Positions 55,119 to 64,000 of a stretch of DNA of 64,000 nucleotides are shown here, in pieces. The notes beneath the pieces are model-generated. The model had not been told where the DNA came from, ran no database searches, and saw nothing but the letters and a program-made list of their open reading frames with translations. A program made the position numbers and the translations under genes. The stretch is from an uncultured Pseudomonadales bacterium. GTDB lineage: Bacteria > Patescibacteriota > Microgenomatia > UBA1400 > PJMF01. Every line of letters begins with the position of its first letter. The first letter of the stretch is position 1. The stretch covers positions 117,452-181,451 of the forward strand of contig CAZUHV010000002.1 in the NCBI GenBank assembly GCA_964620965.1. Direction: 5' to 3'.

Positions 55119-56186
55119 ATGCTAGATGTAACAAAATTATTTATGAAAATTGTCCAGATTGATAGTGTTTCTGGTGAAGAAGAAAAAATGGCACACTACC
55201 TCCTTGATTTCTTCAAAAATGATTGCAAACTCCATCCGACAATTGACTCAAGTAATAACGTGTTTATTCAAACACAAGGAGTTGGAGAACCAATCTTTTT
55301 CAACTGTCATTTAGACACTGTAGAACCTGGCAGAAACATTGTTCCAGTACTCAATAACGGCATCATTACAAGTAAAGGAAATACTATACTTGGGGCAGAT
55401 GATAAAGGGGGAGTAGCAGCTTTAATGTCTGCCATTCAGTATATTTCCCAAAACAAAAATACTTCTTGGAGACCACTCGACATTTTGTTTACAACTTCAG
55501 AAGAAACAGACTCTTATGGTGCAAAAAATTTTGATAAATCAAAAATTAGAGCAAAAATTGGCTATATTTTTGATGGTACTGGGCCAGTTGGGGACATCAT
55601 GTCTGCAGCACCATATTACGCAACATTTGACATTAAAGTGCGTGGTAAAGCTGCTCACGCTGGATACCCTGAAAAAGCTATCCCAGCTCTTCCAGAAACA
55701 CTCAACTTAATTCAGTTACTCAGGGCACTTCGAACAAAAAATGCTCTCGTTAACATTGGAGAAGTGTATGGGGGAACAGCAAGAAACACCGTCATTGGAA
55801 CAATGCATATAAAAGGAGAAATTAGAAGTTTTTATAAAACTACATTTGAAAAAACTGTGAGAGAGGTTAAAAAAATTGTAGGTCAAAAATACAACTGTGA
55901 ACTCTACTCTGAACTCATTATTGTTAATCCAGGATATATTTTTGATAAAAAAATTCTAAACCCAGTTAAGAAACAACTTGAGACCTTTTTAAACAGAAAA
56001 GTATCTGTAAAAAAATCTTTTGGAATTTCTGATGCAAACATATTCAATGAAGATCTTAAAAAACTCACTGTCATTAACTTGGGTGACGGAAGCTCTCACG
56101 CACACACAACAAGAGAGTCAGTTACTGTAGAAGCACTCGAAACAATGCGTGATTTAATCCTAAAACTAGCCAAAAATCAGGAGTAA
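55119..56186 (+). CDS. M20/M42-family metallopeptidase (deacylase/aminopeptidase-like)
   Basis: FNCHLDTVEPG, GADDKGGVAALMSA and SEETDSYGA are the metal-ligand motifs of the M20 family. Confidence 0.7.
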   Translation: MLDVTKLFMKIVQIDSVSGEEEKMAHYLLDFFKNDCKLHPTIDSSNNVFIQTQGVGEPIFFNCHLDTVEPGRNIVPVLNNGIITSKGNTILGADDKGGVAALMSAIQYISQNKNTSWRPLDILFTTSEETDSYGAKNFDKSKIRAKIGYIFDGTGPVGDIMSAAPYYATFDIKVRGKAAHAGYPEKAIPALPETLNLIQLLRALRTKNALVNIGEVYGGTARNTVIGTMHIKGEIRSFYKTTFEKTVREVKKIVGQKYNCELYSELIIVNPGYIFDKKILNPVKKQLETFLNRKVSVKKSFGISDANIFNEDLKKLTVINLGDGSSHAHTTRESVTVEALETMRDLILKLAKNQE

Positions 56187-56190
56187 AATA

Positions 56191-58323
56191 ATGTATAATC
56201 AAAACACAGAAAATCAAAAAAATAATCAAGCAAATCAAACAAAAAGGACTGCCGGTATGTCAAGAATGGATGAAACAATTCAAGCTAAAACTGAAAAACG
56301 CGAGCAACTTGAATCTTTAGGAATTAACGTACACCCATATTTATATAATAAACAACAAACTATTGCTCAAGCGAGAGATATGATGGATGAATCAGTACAA
56401 ACTGCTGGTCGCATAATGTCTATTCGTGCGCATGGAAAAGTTATTTTTGCTGACCTTCAAGATTCTACTGGAAATATTCAAATCATGGTCCGAAATACCG
56501 AAGTCTCAGAAACTGATTTTAATTGGCTTAAAACTTTGGTTGATAGAGGAGATTATCTTGGTGTTGAAGGTACTGTCACAACTACAAAAACTGGTGAAGT
56601 AACTATTTTAGCCTCAAAATATGAACTGTTAAGCAAAGCACTCCGCCCAATTCCAACAGAATGGAATGCTGCAGACAACAAAGAAGCTCGTTTTAGAAAA
56701 CGATATGTCGATATGCTCATTAACTCTGATACAAAACGAGTTTTAGACGCACGTTGGCTGATCACAAAAGAAGTAAGAAGATTCTTACAAGATCAACATG
56801 ACTTTGTTGAAGTCGAAACTCCAATTTTACAACCTTTATATGGTGGAACCAACGCAACTCCTTTCACTACTCATATGAATGCATTAGATTGCGATTTTTA
56901 CCTCCGCATTGCTCCAGAACTATACCTAAAAAGACTCATTGTTGGAGGATATGACAGAATCTTTGAAATTGCTCGTAACTTTAGAAATGAAGGAATTGAC
57001 CAAACACATCAACCAGAATTTAGCATGATTGAATGGTATGAAACCTATGCTGACTACCACAGAATGATGAATGTTGCCGAAGATTTAGTCCGCCACCTGG
57101 TGTTTCAGCTCTATGGTAACTACACAATTACTGTGGGTGATGTTAAAGTAGACGTTGAAGCTCCATGGCCAAGAGTTCGTATGGATGAAGCTCTTATACA
57201 ACATGCAAACATTGATTTTGCAAATCTTTCTGATGAAGAAGTGCAAAAATTGATGGAAAAACATTCAATTAAATTGAAAAGCGCTTATACTAGAGGTAAA
57301 GCTTTATTTGCGTTATTTGATGAGTTAGTCACCCCACACTTAATTGCTCCAATTTGGATTATCGACTATCCAAGAGATATTAGTCCACTTTCAAAACAAC
57401 ATCGAAAAAATCCAGAACTCGCTGAAAGATATGAAGCATATATTGGTGGTAAAGAACTCGCTGATGGTTGGAGCGAGATTGTTGACCCAATTGACCAAAG
57501 AAATATCTGGGAAAACGAACAAGCGAATATGCGACATGGCGACACCGAAGCTCATCCACTTGATGAAGATTTCCTTGAGGCTATGGAACATGGTATGCCT
57601 CCACTTGGTGGCATTGGAATGGGCATAGACCGCTTAGTGATGTTCCTAACAAACACTTGGAGTATTAAGGAAGTAATAGCATTTCCAACATTACGGCCTT
57701 TAAACCCACTCACTTCACAAAATGCATCTGGAAACTCAACTAACCATACACAAACTACTCAAAATGGGGCAAGCTCAATAAATGATTCTAATATTACTTT
57801 ACCTCCAAGAGAAGAAGCAGAAAGACTTGTTGAAAAGTATATTACAGACGAGGCACTCAGAAACCATTGCAGAATGGTTGCTCAAGCCATGCAGGCATAT
57901 GCAAAAAAGCTAGGTGTAAACGAAGAGCTATGGTATCAAACAGGATTGTTGCATGACCTTGATTGGGAAATGTACCCAGATGAACATCCAAACAAAGCAA
58001 TCTCTGATATTCTTACCAATTATCCACAAGAATTATTAGATGCAATCGCAGCCCATGCTCCAGACAGAACTGGAAAAGAACCACAAACACAATTAGAACG
58101 CTATCTATTTGCTTGTGACGAAATTTGTGGCTTTATAAATGCTGTCTCACTAATGCGTCCAGAAGGTTTTGAAGGAATGAAACCAAAATCAATAAAAAAG
58201 AAACTTAAAACTAGACAATTTGCTGCCAACGTAAGTAGAGAAGACATTGCGGAAGGGTTAACATTGATTGGTAAATCAGAAGATGAGCATTTTTCCTTCT
58301 TGATTAATGTATTTAATAAATAA
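56191..58323 (+). CDS. lysS: lysyl-tRNA synthetase (class II) fused to a C-terminal HD-domain hydrolase
   Basis: Residues 1-540 are LysRS (OB fold, motif 2 FRNEGIDQTHQPEFSMIEWY, motif 3 GGIGMGIDRLVMF). Residues of about 560-710 carry H...HD (NHCRMVAQAM...GLLHDLDWE) and a second His cluster. Confidence 0.85.
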   Translation: MYNQNTENQKNNQANQTKRTAGMSRMDETIQAKTEKREQLESLGINVHPYLYNKQQTIAQARDMMDESVQTAGRIMSIRAHGKVIFADLQDSTGNIQIMVRNTEVSETDFNWLKTLVDRGDYLGVEGTVTTTKTGEVTILASKYELLSKALRPIPTEWNAADNKEARFRKRYVDMLINSDTKRVLDARWLITKEVRRFLQDQHDFVEVETPILQPLYGGTNATPFTTHMNALDCDFYLRIAPELYLKRLIVGGYDRIFEIARNFRNEGIDQTHQPEFSMIEWYETYADYHRMMNVAEDLVRHLVFQLYGNYTITVGDVKVDVEAPWPRVRMDEALIQHANIDFANLSDEEVQKLMEKHSIKLKSAYTRGKALFALFDELVTPHLIAPIWIIDYPRDISPLSKQHRKNPELAERYEAYIGGKELADGWSEIVDPIDQRNIWENEQANMRHGDTEAHPLDEDFLEAMEHGMPPLGGIGMGIDRLVMFLTNTWSIKEVIAFPTLRPLNPLTSQNASGNSTNHTQTTQNGASSINDSNITLPPREEAERLVEKYITDEALRNHCRMVAQAMQAYAKKLGVNEELWYQTGLLHDLDWEMYPDEHPNKAISDILTNYPQELLDAIAAHAPDRTGKEPQTQLERYLFACDEICGFINAVSLMRPEGFEGMKPKSIKKKLKTRQFAANVSREDIAEGLTLIGKSEDEHFSFLINVFNK

Positions 58324-58700
58324 AAGTCGGGCCTCGTAGCTCAAAGAGTAGAGCAGTGCGATTTATCGCGAAGATACAAGTGCAATTCTTGTTGGGTCCA
58401 CAAAAATCAAGATGGCTAAACCAAAACTAACATCTCATTTGCCGTCATGATATAATTATCGAACAAAAGCATTTGAAACAGTTAGCAACTGTTGATGGTT
58501 CGCACCAATGCTGCTTGGGGTAAAAAACCAAGCCGGGTAAGCCCGTAACCGCAGGAAAAAGCTAATTTAGAGGTGGCACCGTCTGCGCTTTTGTGAGAAA
58601 TCACAAAACAGACCCTCTCAAGTATCAAGTATATTGGTACTGGGAAGTGTTTATTCCTTTAAAAAATATTCCCATACCAATACAACAAGAGGAGGTCACA
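58324..58700 (+). promoter_or_regulatory. T-box-like riboswitch leader of serS
   Basis: A stem-I-like helix GGGCC...GGGTCC lies at 58328-58398 and carries AGAGTAGAG (a GA/AGTA-like element) and an AGU in a loop. AATTTAGAGGTGGCACCGTC at 58564-58583 resembles the T-box consensus AATTAGGGTGGNACCGCG. A strong SD AAGAGGAGG lies at 58686-58694. Confidence 0.5.
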
Positions 58701-59972
58701 ATGTTGGATATTCAATACATTCGTGATAACAAAGACGTAGTAAAAAAAGGTTGTGAAAACAAACAGCTTGATTCTAGTGTAATAGATGAGTTGCTTTCTG
58801 TAGATAAAAAAAGGAGAGAATTGCAGGTTCAGGTCGATGAGCTGAGAAGACAAAGCAATGAACATGCAAGAATTATTAAAGAGGCAGTTCATAGCGGTAA
58901 CAAACCAACTCCTGAGCAAATTGAAAAAGGCAAAGAAATTAAAGTAAAAATTCAAGAAATTGAACCAGAACTTAAAATTGCAGAAGAAGAATTTGAAAAA
59001 CTTATGTATCAGATTCCTAATGTTCCTGCAGAAGATGTCCCAGTTGGGTCAGATGAATCTGGAAATGTTGTTGAACGTGAAGTTGGTGATAAACCAAACT
59101 TTGATTTCGAACCAAAACAGCACCACGAGCTTATGGAAAACCTTGATATGTTGGATACAACTAGAGCAGTAAGAGTTGGTGGTTTCAGAGCTTACTTCCT
59201 TAAAAATGACGCACTTTTGCTTGAACAAGCCGTTTTAAACTATGCGTTAAAACTATTAGTAACCGAAGGCTTTACTCCAATGTCTGCTCCAATTTTAGTA
59301 AATGATGAAGCAATGTGGGGTACAGGGTACTTCCCATGGGGGAGTGAAGATCATTACAAAACCCAAGATGGACAAATCTTAGCCGGAACTGCAGAAGTGG
59401 CACTCACTGCATACAGAATGGGAGAAACACTCACAGAAAAAGAACTTCCAGTTAAAATGTGTGGACTCTCTCCTTGTTTTAGAAGAGAAGTAGGAACTTA
59501 TGGCAAAGATACACAAGGAATTATCCGTGTCCATCAATTTAATAAAGTTGAACAAGTTGTTTATACTGTTGCAGACGAAGCAGAAACAAGAAATTGGCAT
59601 GAAAAAATGACAAACTTTTCAGAGACTCTTTTACAAAATCTTGAGTTGCCATATCAAGTTTTGCGAATGTGTACAGGTGATATGGGGGCAGGACAAAGAA
59701 AAAAGTATGACGTTGAAACATGGTTCCCAGGACAAGGAAAATACCGAGAAACCCACTCTGCAAGTTATTTTAATGACTTCCAAGCAAGAAGACTTAATAT
59801 TAAGTATCAAGCAAAAGACGGTACTACCAAATACGTCTATACATTAAATAATACTATGGCTGCAACTCCTAGACTACTTGGAGCAATTATTGAGAATTAT
59901 CAACAGAAAGACGGTAGTATCAAAGTACCAAAGGTTTTGGTACCATTTATGGGTAAAGAAGTAATAAAATAG
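58701..59972 (+). CDS. serS: seryl-tRNA synthetase
   Basis: MLDIQYIRDNKD is followed by an N-terminal coiled coil and class II motifs (FRREVGTYGKDTQGIIRVHQFNKVE, GQGKYRETHSASYFNDFQARR). The start at 58701 was chosen because of the SD. Confidence 0.9.
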   Translation: MLDIQYIRDNKDVVKKGCENKQLDSSVIDELLSVDKKRRELQVQVDELRRQSNEHARIIKEAVHSGNKPTPEQIEKGKEIKVKIQEIEPELKIAEEEFEKLMYQIPNVPAEDVPVGSDESGNVVEREVGDKPNFDFEPKQHHELMENLDMLDTTRAVRVGGFRAYFLKNDALLLEQAVLNYALKLLVTEGFTPMSAPILVNDEAMWGTGYFPWGSEDHYKTQDGQILAGTAEVALTAYRMGETLTEKELPVKMCGLSPCFRREVGTYGKDTQGIIRVHQFNKVEQVVYTVADEAETRNWHEKMTNFSETLLQNLELPYQVLRMCTGDMGAGQRKKYDVETWFPGQGKYRETHSASYFNDFQARRLNIKYQAKDGTTKYVYTLNNTMAATPRLLGAIIENYQQKDGSIKVPKVLVPFMGKEVIK

Positions 59973-60041
59973 CCTAGCTTGTTGGCAGTAAATTTGCTAC
60001 AATGCCAGCTCAATACAAATCTATAACTAGATAGGTACCGT

Positions 60042-63002
60042 ATGTTTAAATTTATTAAAAACCTCTTTGATGAAGATAAAAAGACCCTTGATAAGTATCA
60101 AGTTATCGTTGATCAAATCAACGAACTTGAACCAAATATCAAGAAACTTTCTGATGCAAAGCTTGCCGCACAAACTAAAAAATTAAGAAAAATTATTGCA
60201 GAAAGCTTAGAAGCTGGAAAATCAGAGGCAGAAACCCTTGATGAAATCCTCCCAGAAGCATTCGCAACTGTTCGTGAAACATCCAGAAGAGTTTTAGGTA
60301 TGCGCCACTTTGATGTGCAAATCATTGCTGGAATTGCATTACATAAAGGAAGTGTTACTGAACAAAAAACCGGTGAAGGTAAAACCTTAACTGTTACCGC
60401 ACCTCTCTACCTCAATGCATTGCTTGGAAAAGGAGCACACCTTATTACAGTTAATGACTACTTAGCAGAATTAGGCTGTGGTTGGATGGGGCAAATTTAT
60501 CACTTTTTAGGCTTAACAACTTCTGTTATTGTTCATGACCATTCTAGAAAATATAATCCAGAAATTGATAGCGAAAACAGAGGAGATGAAAGACTCGAGC
60601 ACTTTGAAGAAATTTCCAGAAAAGATGCATACCTTTGTGATATCACCTATGGAACAAACAATGAGTTTGGCTTTGACTATCTTCGAGATAACATGGTCCA
60701 AACCCTCGAGAGAATGGTTCAAAGAGTCGATACCCCACATCACTATACAATTGTTGACGAAGCAGACTCTATTTTAATTGATGAAGCTCGTACTCCACTC
60801 ATTATTTCTGCACCAGATGCTGCTCCAACAAGAATGTACACAGAGTATGCAAAGATGGTTAATACTCTTACAAATGAAGTTGATTATGTTGTTGATGAAA
60901 AAGCAAGAACTGCAACGCTTACCGATCTTGGTGTCAAACGTATTGAACAAAAAATTGGTGTAAAAAATCTCTATGAAGAAAGCTTTGACACCATTCACCA
61001 CATTGAATCTGCATTAAAAGCAAAAGCACTTTTTGAGAGAGATAAACATTACATTGTTCGTGAAGGTGAAGTTGTTATTGTTGATGAACATACTGGAAGA
61101 TTAATGTTCGGCCGCAGATATTCAGAAAGTCTACATCAAGCAATCGAAGCAAAAGAAGGCGTGCAAATTCAACAAGAATCTAAAACACTTGCAACTATTT
61201 CTATTCAAAACTACTTTAGACTCTATGAAAAACTCAGTGGTATGACTGGTACAGCTGTAACTGAAGCAGAAGAGTTTGAAAAAATTTATTCCCTGACTGT
61301 GCTTCCAATTCCTACAAATGTTGCGGTAGTTCGTGATGATAAAACTGACGTTGTCTATAAAAATACAGCAGGAAAATACTCTGCAATAGTTTCTGAGGTA
61401 CAGCGTATTCATGAAGCTGGTCAGCCAATAATGATTGGTACAAAATCTATTGAACATAACCAAATCATTTCCAACTTCTTAAAACGTAAAAAAATAGAAC
61501 ATCAAGTTTTAAATGCTAAGAACCACGAAAAAGAAGCTTTCATCATTGCTGATGCAGGTAAAAAAGGAGCAATAACTGTTGCTACAAATATTGCTGGTCG
61601 TGGTGTTGACATCGTTTTAGGTGGAGCAAAACCAGAACTCAAAGATTATAGAAAGACTACTACTACCAAGTCGGAACCTACAAAAGAAGACTGGAAAAAA
61701 GCAGAAGATCTTGGAATTTCACTTCCTCCTTCTGTAAATCCTAAAAACTACAAACTCAAAGAGTATGCTGCTGCATTAGCAAAGTGGCAAAAGGAGCATG
61801 ACGAAGTTGTTGCACTTGGTGGTTTATATATTCTTGGTACAGAACGCCATGAATCAAGACGTATTGATAACCAGCTCAGAGGTCGTGCTGGACGTCAGGG
61901 AGATCCTGGTACTTCACAATTTTTTGTTTCATTAGAAGACGAAATTATGCGTATCTTTGGTGGCGAACAAATTGCCAAAGTTATGGAAATGCTTAAGATT
62001 GAAGAAAACCAACCGATCGAACACGCAATGGTGAGTAAATCAATTGAATCAGCGCAAGTGAAAGTTGAAGGATTTTTCTTTGATCAAAGAAAACGTTTAG
62101 TTGAGTTCGATGACGTTATTAATAAACAAAGAGACATCATCTATAAAAGAAGAAAGCGTTTACTTACCCAAGCTGAGCAAGATATGGATCCAGAATCTGA
62201 AGGTGTTCAGACACTACATGATCAAATCATGAGCTATATAGAGAGCGAAATTACTCATATTGTAAGCGTCTTTGCTCCTCAAGGGTTTACAGAAGAAGAA
62301 TATAGAGCACTTATTAAAGAGTTTAGTAAAATTATTCCATTTAACAATGAATCTCAAGAACAACTTGTAAAAAATATTTCTGCTGAAACAGAGACTGATG
62401 CAATTATAGAAAAACTCAAAAAAGTTGCACACGACACCTACAAAGCAAAAGAACGAGCTACTGGAGAGCAAGAAACAAGAGACCTAGAAAGAATTGTTAC
62501 ACTTTCTACTCTAGATGAAAAATGGATGGAACACATAGATGCAATGGATTCATTACGACAAGGAATTTGGCTTCGAGGTGACAAACGCACTGTACTTTCT
62601 GAATACAAAAAAGAGAGTTTTGCTATGTTTGAAAGCTTGATAGCAAACATCGAATCAACCATTGTTAATAAAATCTACAGAGTTCAATTTACTAATAGAA
62701 TGCCAGTACAACCAAGAGTTGATCTCTCAAAAGCCGTAGAACAAAAACAAGATGTGGGAGAAAGTTTGTCTCAAGAAGTAGCTGCTGTTTCATCAAAAGA
62801 ACAACCAAATAAATCAATGGCAACTACTACTAAGGGTTCAACAAGTGACTTAGCGGCTGTTCTTGCCAAAGCAAAAACAACTTCAAAGGTTAATACCGCA
62901 ACTGCAAAAGAAAAAATTAAGCGCAACGACCCATGTCCTTGTGGAAGTGGTAAAAAATACAAAAAATGTGGTTTAATCAATGCTCCTGAGCATAGAGGAT
63001 AA
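60042..63002 (+). CDS. secA: preprotein translocase ATPase SecA
   Basis: Walker A TGEGKTL, DEADSILIDEARTPLIIS and a C-terminal zinc-binding CPCGSGKKYKKCG. A TGCTACAAT extended -10-like element lies at 59995-60003. Confidence 0.95.
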   Translation: MFKFIKNLFDEDKKTLDKYQVIVDQINELEPNIKKLSDAKLAAQTKKLRKIIAESLEAGKSEAETLDEILPEAFATVRETSRRVLGMRHFDVQIIAGIALHKGSVTEQKTGEGKTLTVTAPLYLNALLGKGAHLITVNDYLAELGCGWMGQIYHFLGLTTSVIVHDHSRKYNPEIDSENRGDERLEHFEEISRKDAYLCDITYGTNNEFGFDYLRDNMVQTLERMVQRVDTPHHYTIVDEADSILIDEARTPLIISAPDAAPTRMYTEYAKMVNTLTNEVDYVVDEKARTATLTDLGVKRIEQKIGVKNLYEESFDTIHHIESALKAKALFERDKHYIVREGEVVIVDEHTGRLMFGRRYSESLHQAIEAKEGVQIQQESKTLATISIQNYFRLYEKLSGMTGTAVTEAEEFEKIYSLTVLPIPTNVAVVRDDKTDVVYKNTAGKYSAIVSEVQRIHEAGQPIMIGTKSIEHNQIISNFLKRKKIEHQVLNAKNHEKEAFIIADAGKKGAITVATNIAGRGVDIVLGGAKPELKDYRKTTTTKSEPTKEDWKKAEDLGISLPPSVNPKNYKLKEYAAALAKWQKEHDEVVALGGLYILGTERHESRRIDNQLRGRAGRQGDPGTSQFFVSLEDEIMRIFGGEQIAKVMEMLKIEENQPIEHAMVSKSIESAQVKVEGFFFDQRKRLVEFDDVINKQRDIIYKRRKRLLTQAEQDMDPESEGVQTLHDQIMSYIESEITHIVSVFAPQGFTEEEYRALIKEFSKIIPFNNESQEQLVKNISAETETDAIIEKLKKVAHDTYKAKERATGEQETRDLERIVTLSTLDEKWMEHIDAMDSLRQGIWLRGDKRTVLSEYKKESFAMFESLIANIESTIVNKIYRVQFTNRMPVQPRVDLSKAVEQKQDVGESLSQEVAAVSSKEQPNKSMATTTKGSTSDLAAVLAKAKTTSKVNTATAKEKIKRNDPCPCGSGKKYKKCGLINAPEHRG

Positions 63003-63022
63003 ACAACTTTTGCCGCAATTAG

Positions 63023-63031
63023 TGCTACAAT
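63023..63031 (+). promoter_or_regulatory. extended -10-like element TGCTACAAT 7 nt upstream of the prs ATG (leaderless start)
   Basis: The motif also lies upstream of secA (59995-60003) and, as TGaTACAAT, at 21389-21397. Confidence 0.3.
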
Positions 63032-63037
63032 GAATGC

Positions 63038-63934
63038 ATGAAGATAATTTCTGGAACCTCTAATCGTGCCTTAGCTCAAAACATTGCGAAGCGACTTAAT
63101 CTCAAGTTAGTCGATGCTGAGATCAGTAAATTTAAGAATGGTGAAAAACGGGTTTGGATCAAAGAAGACTTAAATGGTGAAAATGTCGTGGTTGTTCAAT
63201 CCTTTTCAAACCCAGTTGATGAATATATTCTCGAATTTCTACTCATTGCGGATGCACTCGAAAGAGCAGGAGCAAGACATGTAAACTTGATACTTCCTTG
63301 GATGGGATATTCTTTACAAGACAAACTCTTTAGACACGGTGAACCAATAGCAGCAAAAGTTGTTGCTGATTTAATCTCTAATGCTTATGTTAAAAGAGTA
63401 CATTTGCTTGATCTTCATAACACTAGCATTCCAGGTTTTTTTGCTATTCCAACACATCATCACTCTCCAATTGAGCTATTTAAAGAATATATTAAAAAGA
63501 ATTTAGATCTTAAAAATGCAATTGTTGTTAGTCCAGATTTTGGAGGACTCAAACGAGCAAGGGTCCTTGCAGATGAACTTAATTTAGATCTAGTAAATGT
63601 AGACAAACACAGAAACTTACATACAGGCAAAGTCACTCCTATGGGAATTTCTGGAGACGTTGCTAACAAAATCTGTCTTATTTATGATGACATCATTAAT
63701 ACTGGCAGCACAGTTGTCGAAGTTTCTAAATTCCTAAAACAACATAAAGCAAAAGAAGTACACTTTTTGGTTACACATGGTGTGTTTGCAGGAAATGGTT
63801 TAACCCTTATGACAGATGAAAGCATTAATTCAATAGTGATTTCAGATTCAATCTTTCACCAAGAACTTCCCGAAAAAATCAAAGTACTAGATACTTCAGA
63901 ACTTTTTGCAAAAGCTTTAAAAACTTGGATTTAA
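63038..63934 (+). CDS. prs: ribose-phosphate pyrophosphokinase
   Basis: KFKNGEKRVWIKEDLNGENVVVVQS and a PRPP-binding loop VSPDFGGLKRA...DDIINTGST. Confidence 0.9.
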   Translation: MKIISGTSNRALAQNIAKRLNLKLVDAEISKFKNGEKRVWIKEDLNGENVVVVQSFSNPVDEYILEFLLIADALERAGARHVNLILPWMGYSLQDKLFRHGEPIAAKVVADLISNAYVKRVHLLDLHNTSIPGFFAIPTHHHSPIELFKEYIKKNLDLKNAIVVSPDFGGLKRARVLADELNLDLVNVDKHRNLHTGKVTPMGISGDVANKICLIYDDIINTGSTVVEVSKFLKQHKAKEVHFLVTHGVFAGNGLTLMTDESINSIVISDSIFHQELPEKIKVLDTSELFAKALKTWI

Positions 63935-64000
63935 TAGCTTTTTCTTAAAGAATTTGCTTTCTCATTGTCAGTAGCATATAATTCCTAATTACTAAAGATC

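Noticed and set aside
58324-58400. Possible tRNA gene immediately after lysS (GGGCCTCGTAGCTCAAAGAGTAGAGC...).
   Set aside because: The D-arm is tRNA-like, but no acceptor-stem complement exists and the candidate anticodon stem closes a 4-nt loop. It fits better as stem I of a T-box leader.

Overview
This is a low-GC, gene-dense bacterial chromosomal window on the standard genetic code (TAA, TAG and TGA all terminate ORFs). Housekeeping genes identified from motifs include the dnaE 3' end, pyrG, rplS, tRNA-Glu, tRNA-Lys, truB, mutM, ldh/mdh and the ATP synthase operon atpB-E-F-H-A-G-D-C. Also present are two greA paralogues, lysS, serS, secA and prs. Three gene-content features stand out. The first is a transketolase split into N- and C-terminal subunit genes. 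The second is an overlapping sortase/sortase-substrate pair. The third is a run of very large secreted Ser/Thr/Gly-rich proteins. Together with two LytR_C-domain proteins, these point (inference only) to a Patescibacteria/CPR-like, probably monoderm, organism. The most unusual region is a roughly 14.7 kb cell-surface supercluster at 5178-19897. It holds two paralogous secreted proteins with a conserved C-terminal motif and two paralogous C-terminally membrane-anchored beta-sandwich proteins. This architecture is reminiscent of the Gram-positive csc/WxL loci (CscA-like DUF916/DUF3324 proteins plus WxL-like proteins). Further downstream in the cluster are a fibre-like protein with GIGTTNP repeats, a 1582-aa giant with DUF2341 and LamG-like modules, and a convergent 906-aa anchored protein. 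Other candidate systems are a two-enzyme amidoligase cassette (GCS2/YbdK-type ligase plus a RimK-type ATP-grasp with an unknown N-terminal domain) beside an L,D-transpeptidase, and a Cys/His-rich sortase substrate translationally coupled to its sortase and preceded by phased TTGATATAT direct repeats. There is also a LysRS fused to a C-terminal HD hydrolase domain, a T-box-like leader upstream of serS, and an ATP synthase delta subunit truncated to 78 aa. A four-gene alpha-glucan cluster (GT-GH57-GH15-sugar kinase) is also present. No transposase, integrase or CRISPR array was seen. Every functional call comes from reading motifs in the translated ORFs; no database search was possible.
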